From positions 1 to 64,000 of the forward strand of contig JAPDFW010000017.1 in NCBI GenBank assembly GCA_028826165.1: a stretch of DNA of 64,000 nucleotides, in the 5' to 3' direction. Under the pieces are notes generated by a model, which saw nothing but the letters and a program-made list of their open reading frames with translations, did no database searches and was not told the origin of the DNA. Source of the stretch: Anaeramoeba ignava BMAN. Taxonomy: Eukaryota > Protista > Anaeramoebae. This document shows, piece after piece, positions 51,142-64,000 of this stretch; within the stretch, counting starts at the first letter, position 1, and each line of letters starts with the position of its first letter. The position numbers and the translations under genes were made by a program.

Positions 51142-54100
51142 TTTTTTTTATTAATTTATTTATTTTCTTTCTTTTATTTTTATTTTTTCATTTTTTATTT
51201 TTTCTTTTCTTTTTTTTTTTATAAATTAGAATAAAATTTGATTTTTTTTTATTTTTTTTTTGATTTATATTTATATAAATTGAAATTAAGTTGATAAAAA
51301 TATTATTTATTTTTGATTTATACTTTTAAAAATTTATTTTTATTTTTAAACATTTTGTTACCATATATATTTTGAATTGATATTTATTATTATATATTTA
51401 TTAATTATATATTCATTCTTTATATTTATATAATATAATTAATATTCATTTTTATTTATTATTTTTCATTTCAAATTTATTTATTTTAATAATTAATAAT
51501 AATAAATTTTGATTTATAATTAATTAATTAATTAATTCTAATATTTTTATTTTATTAATAATTCAATTATTATTTTCAAAATTTATTTTTATTTTATTAA
51601 TTTTATTTTTGATTTTTCAAAATTTATTTACACACAAAATAAAATGAAAAATAAAATAAATTACAATTAAAAATATTTATTAAATTGTTTTAAAATATAA
51701 AATATAAATTAAATTGAAAAATAAATTAAATTAAATTAAATTGAAAAAAATTGAATATAATTGAAAATTAAATTAAATTGAAATTTATTATTTAAATTGA
51801 AAAAAAATTTTTATTTTTTAATTGAAAATTAAATTTAATTTATAAAATTATTTAAATTTGAATGAAAAAATAATAAAAAAATAATAAAAAAATAAAAAGA
51901 AATAAAAATAATTAAAACAATTATGAATTTTATAATTGAAAATTTAATTGAAAATGTAAATTCAAAAAAATTTAATTAAAAATAAAAATGAAAATCAAAT
52001 CTAAAATTTTTTTTCCTTTTTAATTTAAATTAATAAAAATTTCAAAAAAATTTCAATCTTTTAAATTAAATTAAATTAAATTAAATTAAATTAAATTAAA
52101 TTAAAATTAAAATTAAATTTCAAATTAAATTAAAAAAAATATCAAATTTAAAATTAAATTAAAAATAAATTAAATTAATTTGAAAATGAAATTTAAAATA
52201 AATAAAAATAAATCAAATCAAAATAAATTAAAATCAAATTAAAGATAAATAAAAATTAAAATCAAATCAAATTAAATTCAAATATAAATAGAAATTAAAT
52301 TTAATTCAAATTAAAATTTAAATTTCAAATTTAAATTCAAATTAAATTGAAAATAAAATGAAATTGAAAATGAAAATGAAAATGAAAATGAAATTAAATT
52401 ATATTTAAAATAAATTAAATTGTAAATGAAATTAAAATGAAATTTTGAATAAAATAATAAATGAAAATAAATAAATAATTATTCTAAAAATATAAAAAGA
52501 ATTACAAAATAAAAATCAAATCCAAAAAGAATATTTAATAAAATATATTTTTATTAATATATTTATTATTCTTATATTATATTTATTATATTATTTATTA
52601 ATATAATATTGATAATAAATTTGATTCCATTATTATATTAATTTTGAATATATATTTTGATTTAATATTTATTATTGAAAAATGTTTAAAATATATAAAT
52701 TGGAATAAAATTTGATTTTTTTTATTTTTTTGATTTATATTTATATAAATTGAAATAAAGTTGATAAAAAAATATTATTTATTTTGATTTATACTTTTAA
52801 AAATTTATTTTTATTTTTAAACATTTTACATTACATATATTTTGAATTGATATTTATTATTATATATTTATTAATTATATATTCATTCATTATATTTATA
52901 TAATATAATTAATATTCATTTTTATTTATTATTTTTCATTTCAAATTTATTTATTTTAATAATTAATAATAATAAATTTCATTTATAATTAATTAATTAA
53001 TTAATTCTAATATTTTTATTTTATTAATAATTCAATTATTATTTTCAAAATTTATTTTTTATTTTATTAATTTTATTTTTGATTTTTCAAAATTCATTTA
53101 CACACAAAATAAAATGAAAATAAAATAAATTACAATTAAAAATATTTATTTATTAAATTTATTATAAAAAATATGAAAATAATAAATTGAAAATGAAATT
53201 GAAAATGAATTGAAATGAATTGAAAATTAAATGAAAATAAATTGAAAATAAATTGAAAATGTAATTGAAAATAAAATTGAAAACAATTGAAAATGTAATT
53301 GAAAATGTAATTGAAAATGTAATTGAAAATGTAATTGAAAATGTAAATTGAAAATGTAATTGAAAAAAATGAAAATTGAAAATAATTGAAAATGAAATTG
53401 AAAATGTAATTGAAAATGAAATGAAAAATAATGAAAATGTAATTGAAAAGAAATAAATTGAAAATGTAATTGAAATGTAATTGAAAATGTAATTGAAAAA
53501 AAAAAATGAAAAATTGAAAAAATTGAAAAAATGAAAAATTGAAAAATGTAATTGAAAATTTAATTGAAAATGAAATTGAAAAATAAATACTTTTGAAAAT
53601 GTAATTGAAAAATGTAAATGAAAAATAATTGAAAATTAATTGAAAATTAATTGAAAATGTAATTGAAAATGTAATTGAAAATGTAATTGAAAATGTAATT
53701 GAAAATGTAATTGAAAATGTAATTGAAAATGTAATTGAAAAATGTAATTGAAAATGTAATTGAAAATTAAATTGAAAATGTAATTGAAAATGTAATTGAA
53801 AAATTTGAAAATTGAAAATTAAATTGAAATTGTAATTGAAAATTAATTGAAAATTAAATTGAAAAATTAAATTGAAAAATTGAAAAATGAAAATTAATTG
53901 AAAATGTAAAAAAATCAAAAAATGAAAATTGAAAAATGAAAAAAAATTGTAATTGAAAATAAAAAAAAAAAAATAAATTAAATTAAATTAAATCAAATTG
54001 AAAAAATAAATGAAAATAAATTCAAATCAAATTAAATCAAATTGAAAATAAAAAAAATTAAATTGAAAATAAAATAAATAAATTGAAAAAGAAAAATAAT

Positions 54101-57100
54101 TGAAAATTCAAAAAATTCAAAAGAAATAAATTAAATTTAAATTCAAATTCAAATTCAAATTCAAATTAAAAATCAAATTAAATTAAAAATTAAATTAAAT
54201 TTAAATTCAAATTAAATTAAATTCAAAATTAAATTAAAATTGAAAATGAAAATGAAAATTGAAATGAAATTAAATTATATTTAAAATAAATTAAATTGTA
54301 AATGAAATTAAAATGAAATTTTGAATAAAATAATAAATGAAAATAAATAAATAATTATTCTAAAAATATAAAAAGAATTACAAAATAAAAATCAAATCCA
54401 AAAAGAATATTTAATAAAATATATTTTTATTAATATATTTATTATTCTGATATTATATTTATTATATTATTTATTAATATAATATTGATAATAAATTTGA
54501 TTCCATTATTATATTAATTTTGAATATATATTTTGATTTAATATTTATTATTGAAAAATGTTTAAAATATATAAATTAGAATAAAATTTGATTTTTTTAT
54601 TTTTTGATTTATATTTATATAAATTGAAATAAAGTTGATAAAAATATTATTTATTTTGATTTATACTTTTAAAAATTTATTTTTATTTTTAAACATTTTA
54701 CATTATATATATTTTGAATTGATATTTATTATTATATATTTATTAATTATATATTCATTCATTATATTTATATAATATAATTAATATTCATTTTTATTTA
54801 TTATTTTTCATTTCAAATTTATTTATTTTAATAATTAATAATAATATATTTTGATTTATAATTAATTAATTAATTAATTCTAATATTTTTATTTTATTAA
54901 TAATTCAATTATTATTTTCAAAATTTATTTTTATTTATTTTATTAATTTTATTTTTGATTTTTCAAAATTCATTTACACACAAAATAAAATGAAAATAAA
55001 ATAAATTACAATTAAAAATATTTATTAAATTGTTTACAAAATATAAATTAAATTGAAATTGAAATTAAATTAAATTTTAAGTTGAAAATTGAATATAATT
55101 GAATTAATATTAATATTAATTATTATTTAATATTTTATAGATTAATTATTTTTGAAATTGAAAATTAAATTATTATTTATAAATATTATTTATATTTTTG
55201 ATAAAAGAATAATAAAATAATAAAATAATAAATAATAAAGAAATAAAAATAATTAAAACAATTCATCAATTTTATATTTATTTTTTCTCCTTTTATTTTT
55301 ATATATTTTCTCCATTTCAAAAATACTTTTTTATCTTTTAAAAATACTTTTATCTTTTCTATTTTTTTCTCCTTTTAATTTATAATTTTATTTTCTCCAT
55401 TTCAAAAAAAATACTTTTTATCTTTTTATAAATTTTTATTAAATTAAATTAAATTAAATTAAATTAAATTAAATTAAACAACTTTTAATTATATTTTTGA
55501 TTAATTTAAATTCAAAATATCTTTTATTTATTTATTTATTTATTTTTGTTACAAAATTTTCAATAAATTAATTTAAAATGAGATGAATGAATAAAGAATA
55601 AATCAAATAAATAAATCAAATAAAATGAATAGATATATAAATAGTTATTAATAATAATGAATATAAATAGAATATTTATTTAATATTAATTAATTATTAA
55701 TTTAATTTAATTTCATTTATTTTATAATTCAAACTAAAATTGAAATTGAAAATGAAAATGAAAATGAAAATGAAATTAAATTATATTTAAAATAAATTAA
55801 ATTGTAAATGAAATTAAAATGAAATTTTGAATAAAATAATAAATGAAAATAAATAAATAATTATTCTAAAAAATATAAAAAGAATTACAAAATAAAAATC
55901 AAATCCAAAAAGAATATTTAATAAAATATATTTTTATTAATATATTTATTATTCTTATATTATATTTATTATATTATTTATTAATATAATATTGATAATA
56001 AATTTGATTCCATTATTATATTAATTTTGAATATATATTTTGATTTAATATTTATTATTGAAAAATGTTTAAAATATATAAATTAGAATAAAATTTGATT
56101 TTTTTATTTTTTTTGATTTATATTTATATAAATTGAAATTAAAGTTGATAAAAAAATATTATTTATTTTGATTTATACTTTTAAAAATTTATTTTTATTT
56201 TTAAACATTTTACATTATATATATTTTGAATTGATATTTATTATTATATATTTATTAATTATATATTCATTCATTATATTTATATAATATAATTAATATT
56301 CATTTTTATTTATTATTTTTCATTTCAAATTTATTTATTTTAATAATTAATAATAATAAATTTTGATTTTATAATTAATTAATTAATTAATTCTAATATT
56401 TTTATTTTATTAATAATTCAATTATTATTTTCAAAATTTATTTTTTATTTATTTTATTAATTTTATTTTTTTGATTTTTTCAAAATTCATTTACACACAA
56501 AAATAAAATGAAAATAAAATAAATTACAATTAAAAATATTTATTAAATTGTTTACAAAATATAAATTGAAATTGAAAATGAAAATAAATTAAATTAAATT
56601 TTAAGTTGAAAATTGAATATAATTGAATTAATATTAATATTAATTATTATTTAATATTTTATAGATTAATTATTTTTGAAATTCAAAATTAAATTATTAT
56701 TTATAAATATTATTTATATTTTTGATAAAAGAATAATAAAATAATAAAATAATAAAATAATAAAGAAATAAAAATAATTAAACAATTATCAATTTTATAT
56801 TTATTTTTCTCCTTTTATTTTTTATATTTTTTCCATTTCAAAAATTTAAAAAATTTTTTTATCTTTTAAAAATACTTTTTATCTTTTAAATTTTTTATTT
56901 TTTATTTTTTTAATTTATAATTTTATTTTCTCCATTTCAAAAATACTTTTATCTTTAAATTCAAATTAAATTAAAAACAACTTTTAATTAAAATATTTTT
57001 GATTAATTTAAATTCAAAATTAAATTTTCAATAAATTAATTTAAAATGAATAAATGAATAAATAAATAAATAAAATAAAAAATAAAATAAATAAATAAAT

Positions 57101-58249
57101 CAAATAAAATGAATAGATATATAAAATTATTTATTAATAATAATAATGAAATAAATAGAATATTTATTTAAATTAATTAATTCAAAAATTAATTTTAATT
57201 TAATTTTTTCATTTTATTTTTTTATAATTCAAATCTAAATTGAAATTAAATTGAAATGAAAAATGAAAATGAAAAATTAAAATTAAATATTTAAAATAAA
57301 TTAAATTGTAAATGAAATTAAAATGAAATTTTGAATAAAATAATAAATGAAAATAAATAAATAATTATTCTAAAAATATAAAAAGAATTACAAAATAAAA
57401 ATCAAATCCAAAAAGAATATTTAATAAAATATATTTTTATTAATATATTTATTATTCTGATATTATATTTATTATATTATTTATTAATATAATATTGATA
57501 ATAAATTTGATTCCATTATTATATTAATTTTGAATATATATTTTGATTTAATATTTATTATTGAAAAATGTTTAAAATATATAAATTAGAATAAAATTTG
57601 ATTTTTTTTATTTTTTTTGATTTCATATTTATATAAATTGAAATTAAAGTTGATAAAAAAATATTATTTATTTTGATTTATACTTTTAAAAATTTATTTT
57701 TATTTTTAAACATTTTACATTATATATATTTTGAATTGATATTTATTATTATATATTTATTAATTATATATTCATTCATTATATTTATATAATATAATTA
57801 ATATTCATTTTTATTTATTATTTTTCATTTCAAATTTATTTATTTTAATAATTAATAATAATAAATTTTGATTTATAATTAATTAATTAATTAATTCTAA
57901 TATTTTTATTTTATTAATAATTCAATTATTATTTTCAAAATTTATTTTTATTTATTTTATTAATTTTATTTTTGATTTTTCAAAAATTCATTTACACACA
58001 AAATAAAATGAAAATAAAATAAATTACAATTAAAAATATTTATTAAAAATTGTTTATAAAAATATAAAAAAATTGAAATTGAAAATGAAAATAAATTGAA
58101 AAAATTGAAAATTGAAAATTGAAAATTGAAAATAATTGAAAAAAATGAAAATTAATTGAAAAATTAATTAAATTTAAATTTTATAAATTTGAAAATTTTT
58201 GAAAATTAAAATTAAAAAATTAATAAAAAAGAAATTATTTATATTTTTA

Positions 58250-58284
<35 letters not shown>

Positions 58285-61200
58285 AAAATAAAAAAAAATA
58301 AAATTGAAATTAAAATTGAAAATTATCAATTTTAATTTATTTTTCTCCTTTAATTTTTATAAAATTGATTTCAAAAATTTATTTTTGAAAAATAAAAAAA
58401 TTAAATTTAAATTAATTTAATTTTATTTTTAAATTTAAATTAAATGAAAAATATTTTTTTAAATTTTAAAAATAAAATTAAATAAAATTTGAAATGAAAA
58501 TTTTAAAAAATTGAATTAAAAATTTTTTTTAAATTTAAAAAATTTAAATTTAAATTTATTAAAATTTATAAATTAAATTTATTTATTTAAATTTATTTTT
58601 TATTAAATTGAATTTAAATTTAAAATAAAAAATTAAATTAAAAATTTAAATTTAAATTTATTTAAATATAAATAAATTTAAAATTTAAAATTTTAAAATT
58701 TAAATTTAAAATAAATTTATTTATGAAATTTATTTATTTATTTATTTATTTATAAAATTTATTTAAATTTAAATAAAATTTTAAATAAATTATTTAAAAA
58801 ATGAAAAAATAAAAAAAAAAATAAAATAAATTTTAAATCAAATAAAAAATTCAAATAAATTCAAAAAAATAAAAAATAAATAATATATAAATATTATAAA
58901 TTTAAATAATAATGAATATTAAAATAGAAAATTTAAATTAATTAATAAAATTAATTTAAATTTAATTTCATTTTATTTTATAATTCAAATCTAAATTTAA
59001 ATTTAAAATTAAATTGAAATTAAAATTGAAAATGAAAATTAAATTATATTTAAAAATAAATTAAATTAAAAATGAAATTAAAATAAATTTGAATAAAAAT
59101 AATAAAATGAAAAATAAATAAATAATTATTCTAAAAATATATTAAAAAATTACAAAATAAAAATCAAATCCAAAAAGAATATTTAATAAAATATATTTTT
59201 ATTAATATATTTATTATTCTGATATTATATTTATTATATTATTTATTAATATAATATTGATAATAAATTTGATTCCATTATTATATTAATTTTGAATATA
59301 TATTTTGATTTAATATTTATTATTGAAAATGTTTAAAATATATAAATTAGAATAAAATTTGATTTTTTTTATTTTTTTTGATTTATATTTATATAAATTG
59401 AAATAAAGTTGATAAAAATATTATTTATTTTGATTTATACTTTTAAAAATTTATTTTTATTTTTTAAACATTTTACACTATATATATTTTGAATTGATAT
59501 TTATTATTATATATTTATTAATTATATATTCATTCATTATATTTATATAATATAATTAATATTCATTTTTATTTATTATTTTTCATTTCAAATTTATTTA
59601 TTTTAATAATTAATAATAATAAATTTTGATTTATAATTAATTAATTAATTAATTCTAATATTTTTATTTTATTAATAATTCAATTATTATTTTCAAAATT
59701 TATTTTTATTTATTTTATTAATTTTATTTTTGATTTTTCAAAATTTATTTACACAAAAATAAAATGAAAATAAAATAAATTACAATTAAAAATATTTATT
59801 AAATTGTTTACAAAATATAAAATGAAATTGAAAATGAAAATTAAATTAAATTAATTTTTAAGTTGAAAATTGAAAATAAAATTGAATTGAAATTAATATT
59901 AAAAATTGAATTTAAAATTTTTTAAATTAAATTATTTTTGAAATAAAATTAAATTATTATTTATAAATATTATTTATATTTTTGATAAAAAAATTTTTGA
60001 AATAATAAAATAATAAAAATAAAAAAATAAATTAAAATTAAATAATTATAAATTTTAGAAATTTATTTTTAATTTTTAATTTTTATTTTTATTTTAAATT
60101 TAAATTATTTTCTCCATTTCAAAAATTATTTTTTATATATTAAAAAAATTGATTTTTATCTTTTCTATTTTTCTCCTTTTAATTTATAATTTTATTTTCT
60201 CCATTTCAAAAAAAATGCTTTTTATCTTTTTTATTAAATTAAATTAAATTAAATTAAATTAAATTAAATTAAATTAAATTAAATTAAATTAAATTAAATT
60301 AAATTAAATTAAATTAAATTAAAAACAACTTTTAATTTTGAAAATTAATTTAAAAATAAATTAAATATATTTATTTAATTTAAATTTTTTTTATTATAAA
60401 ATTTTCAATTTAAAATAAAATGAAAAATGAAAAAAAATAAATCAAATAAATAAATCAAATAAATGAATAGATATATAAAATTTATTAATAATAATAATGA
60501 ATATAAATAGAATATTTATTTAATATTAATTAATTATTAATTTTTATTTAAATTTAATTTATTTTAAAATAAAATGAAAATTTTAAATTGAAAAAAAAAA
60601 AAAAAAATGAAATTGAAAATGAAAATGAAATGAAATTAAATTATATTTAAAAATAAATTAAATTGTAAAAATGAAGTTAAAATGAAATTTTGAATAAAAT
60701 AATAAATGAAAATAAATAATTATTCTAAAAAATATAAAAAGAATTACAAAATAAAAATCAAATTAAAAAAAAAAGAATATTTAATAAAATATATTTTTAT
60801 TAATATATTTATTATTCTGATATTATATTTATTATATTATTTATTAATATAATATTGATAATAAATTTGATTTCATTATTGTATTAATTTTGAATATATA
60901 TTTTGATTTAATATTTATTATTGAAAATGTTTAAAAAATATATAAATTAGAATAAAATTTAATTTTTTTTATTTTTTTTTGATTTATATTTATGTAAATT
61001 GAAATAAAGTTGATAAAAAAAATATTATTTATTTTGATTTATACTTTTAAAAATTTATTTTTATTTTTTAAACATTTTATATTACATATATTTTGAATTG
61101 ATATTTATTATTACATATTTATTAATTATATATTCATTTATTATATTTATATAATATAATTAATATTCATTTTTATTTATTATTTTTCATTTCAAATTTA

Positions 61201-63426
61201 TATTTTTTTAATAATTAATAATAATAAATTTTCATTTATAATTAATTAATTAATTAATTCTAATATTTTTTGTTTTATTAATAATTCAATTATTATTTTC
61301 AAAATTTATTTTTATTTATTTTATTAATTTTATTTTTTTTGATTTTTCCAAAATTTATTTACACACAAAATAAAATGAAAATAAAATAAATTACAATTAA
61401 AAATATTTATTAAATTGTTTACAAAATATAAATTGAAATTGAAATTGAAATTAAAAATTAAATTAAATTGAAAATTGAAAATAATTGAATTAATATTAAT
61501 ATTAATATTAATTATTATTTAATATTTTATAGATTAATTATTTTTGAAATGAAAATTATTATTATTTATAAATATTATTTATATTTTTGAAAAAATAATA
61601 ATAAAAATAAATAAAATAAAAATAAAAACAAAATAAAAGAAATAAAAAAAATAATTATAAAAACATTTATCATTTTATTTTATATATATTTAGAGAAATT
61701 GATTTTTATTTTTATATTTAAAAATATTTTTTTTAATTTAAATTTTTTTTTTTACATTTTTTTTTTTTTTCTATTTTTTAAAAATTTTTAATTTATAATT
61801 TTATTTTCTCCATTTCAAAAATACTTTTATCTTTTTTATTAAATTAAATTAAATTAAATTAAATTAAACAACTTTTAATTATATTTTTAATTTAATTTTT
61901 AATTTAAAAATTTATCTTTTTATTTATTTATTTATTTATTTTTGTTACAAAATTTTCAATAAATTAATTTTTGAAAAAATTTAAATAAATAAAGAATAAA
62001 TAAATCAAATAAATAAATCAAATAAAATGAATAGATATATAAATAGTTATTAATAATAATAATGAATATAAATAGAATATTTATTTAATATTAATTAATT
62101 ATTATTATTAATTTAATTTAATTTCATTTATTTTATAATTCAAATCTAAATGAAAATTAAATTGAAAATGAAAATGAAAATGAAAATGAAAATGAAAATG
62201 AAAATGAAATTAAATTATATATTTAAAATAAATTAAATTGTAAATGAAATTAAAATGAAATTTTGAATAAAATAATAAATGAAAATAAATAAATAATTAT
62301 TCTAAAAATATAAAAAGAATTACAAAATAAAAATCAAATTCAAAAAGAATATTTAATAAAAATATATTTTTATTAATATATTTATTATTCTGATATTATA
62401 TTTATTATATTATTTATTAATATAATATTGATAATAAATTTGATTCCATTATTATATTAATTTTGAATATATATTTTGATTTAATATTTATTATTGAAAA
62501 ATGTTTTTAAAAATATAAATTAGAATAAAATTTGATTTTTATTTTTGATTTATATTTATATAAATTGAAATAAAGTTGATAAAAATATTATTTATTTTGA
62601 TTTATACTTTTAAAAATTTATTTTTATTTTTAAAACATTTTATATTATATATATTTTGGATTGATATTTATTATTATATATTTATTAATTATATATTAAT
62701 TCATTATATTTATATAATATAATTAATATTCATTTTTATTTATTATTTTTCATTTCAAATTTATTTATTTTAATAATTAATAATAATAAATTTTGATTTT
62801 ATAATTAATTAATTAATTAATTCTAATATTTTTATTTTATTAATAATTCAATTATTATTTTCAAAATTTATTTTTATTTATTTTATTAATTTTATTTTTG
62901 ATTTTTCAAAATTCATTTTACAAAAAATAAAATGAAAATAAAATAAATTACAATTAAAAATATTTTATTTATTTAATTTATAAAATATAAAAATATGAAT
63001 TAAATTGAATTAAAATTAAAATTAAATTGAAAATTGAAAATTAAAATGAAAATAGAAATTAAATTGTAAAATGAAATTGAAATTGAAAAAAATTAAATTA
63101 AATTAAATTTAAAAATGAAATTGCAAATAAATAAATAAATAAATAGAAGAAGAAAAAGAAGATAAAATATATATTATATTTTAAAAATTGATTATTAATT
63201 CTAAATTAATAAAAACAAAAATTAAATTAAATTAAATTAAATTAAATTAAAATTAAAATTAAAATTAAATATTTATTTATAAATATTTTAATTTACAAAA
63301 TACTAAAAATATATATATCAAATATAAAAATAAATTTCAAAATTAAAAAATAAAAAAACATAAATTAAAAATAAAAATAAAAAATAAATTAAATTATGAA
63401 TAAATTATGAATAAATTATTATTAAT

Positions 63427-63452
63427 CCCCTTATGCCCCTTCAACCCAACCC
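63427..63452 (-). other. Canonical G-quadruplex motif, second copy
   Basis: CCCC-TTATG-CCCC-TTCAA-CCC-AA-CCC. Confidence 0.7.
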
Positions 63453-64000
63453 AATTTTAATTTCCTTTTTATTTCCTTTATAAATTAACTATAAATGAAA
63501 TTGAATATAAATTTGAATTGAAATAAATGTAAATTAAATGTAATTCTGTTGTAAATTAATTCAAAACATACTTCAATTTTGTTTTACAATTGAAGTAAAA
63601 TAATTATTTTATATTAAATTGAATAAAAAATATAATAAAATAACTTAATTCAATATTGATTTACTTTTTGTTCTGTTTTAATTCAAAATAAATGAAAATC
63701 AAAATAAATCAATGAAAATCAAATAAAATTGAAATTAAATTGAAAAATAAGTGTTTAAACATAAATTCGTTTTATTGATAAATAAATAAAATCAAATCAA
63801 AATGTAAAATTATTTGATTTAATTGTAAATTGAATTTAATTGTTATTTGATTTAATTGTAAATTGAATTAATTTATTTGATTTAATTGTAAATTGAATTG
63901 TAAATTTAATTGTAAATTGAATTGTAAATTTAATTTAAATTGAATTTTAAGAATTTAATTGTAATTGAATTTATTTTAATATTTGTAAATTGAATTTAAA

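Larger units (their letters stand above)
30481..64000. repeat. Right repeat domain: ~750 bp unit U (about 14 full and 2 partial copies) alternating with variable spacers; ~31.9 kb super-period
   Basis: AATCAAATCCAAAAAGAATATTT anchor at ~30481, 35047, 37360, 41365, 42675, 48040, 49585, 52515, 54390, 55897, 57400, 59162, 60757, 62333. The 30481-32100 block recurs at 62333-64000 (C-run anchor offset 31882). Confidence 0.9.

Noticed and set aside
8729-51234. Short ORFs over or beside the GC islands (8729, 9175, 24140, 24396, 24620, 38336, 38598, 38778, 50998)
   Set aside because: They run off into poly-T/F tails, several are not preserved between the two copies, and the sequence is better explained by base-pairing.
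4091-53918. ORFs 4091-4396, 9810-10112, 25330-25593, 35631-36196, 35855-36160, 39383-39747, 43270-43503, 53136-53918
   Set aside because: Translations of 6- and 12-bp tandem repeats (LYLY, FRFI, NVIE, FNYI); no coding complexity.
51700-60600. Apparently novel diverged spacers (51700-52350, 53150-54250, 58050-59100, 59900-60600; also 10140-10920 and 26400-28300)
   Set aside because: They read as scrambled mixtures of neighbouring repeat types, typical of collapsed long-read consensus, so they are not treated as biological novelty.

Overview
Extremely AT-rich (roughly 90-95% A+T by inspection) eukaryotic, most likely protist, sequence that is almost entirely nested tandem repeat. The left domain (~4.07-30.4 kb) is a ~15.3-15.4 kb higher-order repeat. 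The right domain (~30.5-64 kb) is built from a ~750 bp unit and restarts after ~31.9 kb. Satellites have monomers of 179, ~146 and ~173 bp, with a 20-33 bp minisatellite and two 12-mers. The only convincing protein-coding sequence is a ~4.5 kb APE-type non-LTR retrotransposon (43487-47992). It reads as one ~1445 aa RRM-like/APE/RT/CCHC polyprotein broken by single-base frameshifts, has an unusually compact RT, and sits at the end of a 12-bp minisatellite. The most unexplained signal is a set of small GC-rich islands, each present twice: A+B (8678-9070, 24089-24482) and C (38586-38921, 50811-51141). The two families share no overall homology, yet each has a ~150-170 nt rod-like hairpin, GNA/GAAA mini-hairpins, G-runs and a downstream GTRAGT-N(1-3)-TGTTAAC...GGCGGG motif. 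There is also a 5-copy palindrome-rich ~88 bp array (18683-19245) and a canonical G-quadruplex motif present twice. Several stretches look like degraded long-read consensus, so homopolymer-level details are uncertain. No rRNA, tRNA or CRISPR array could be supported.
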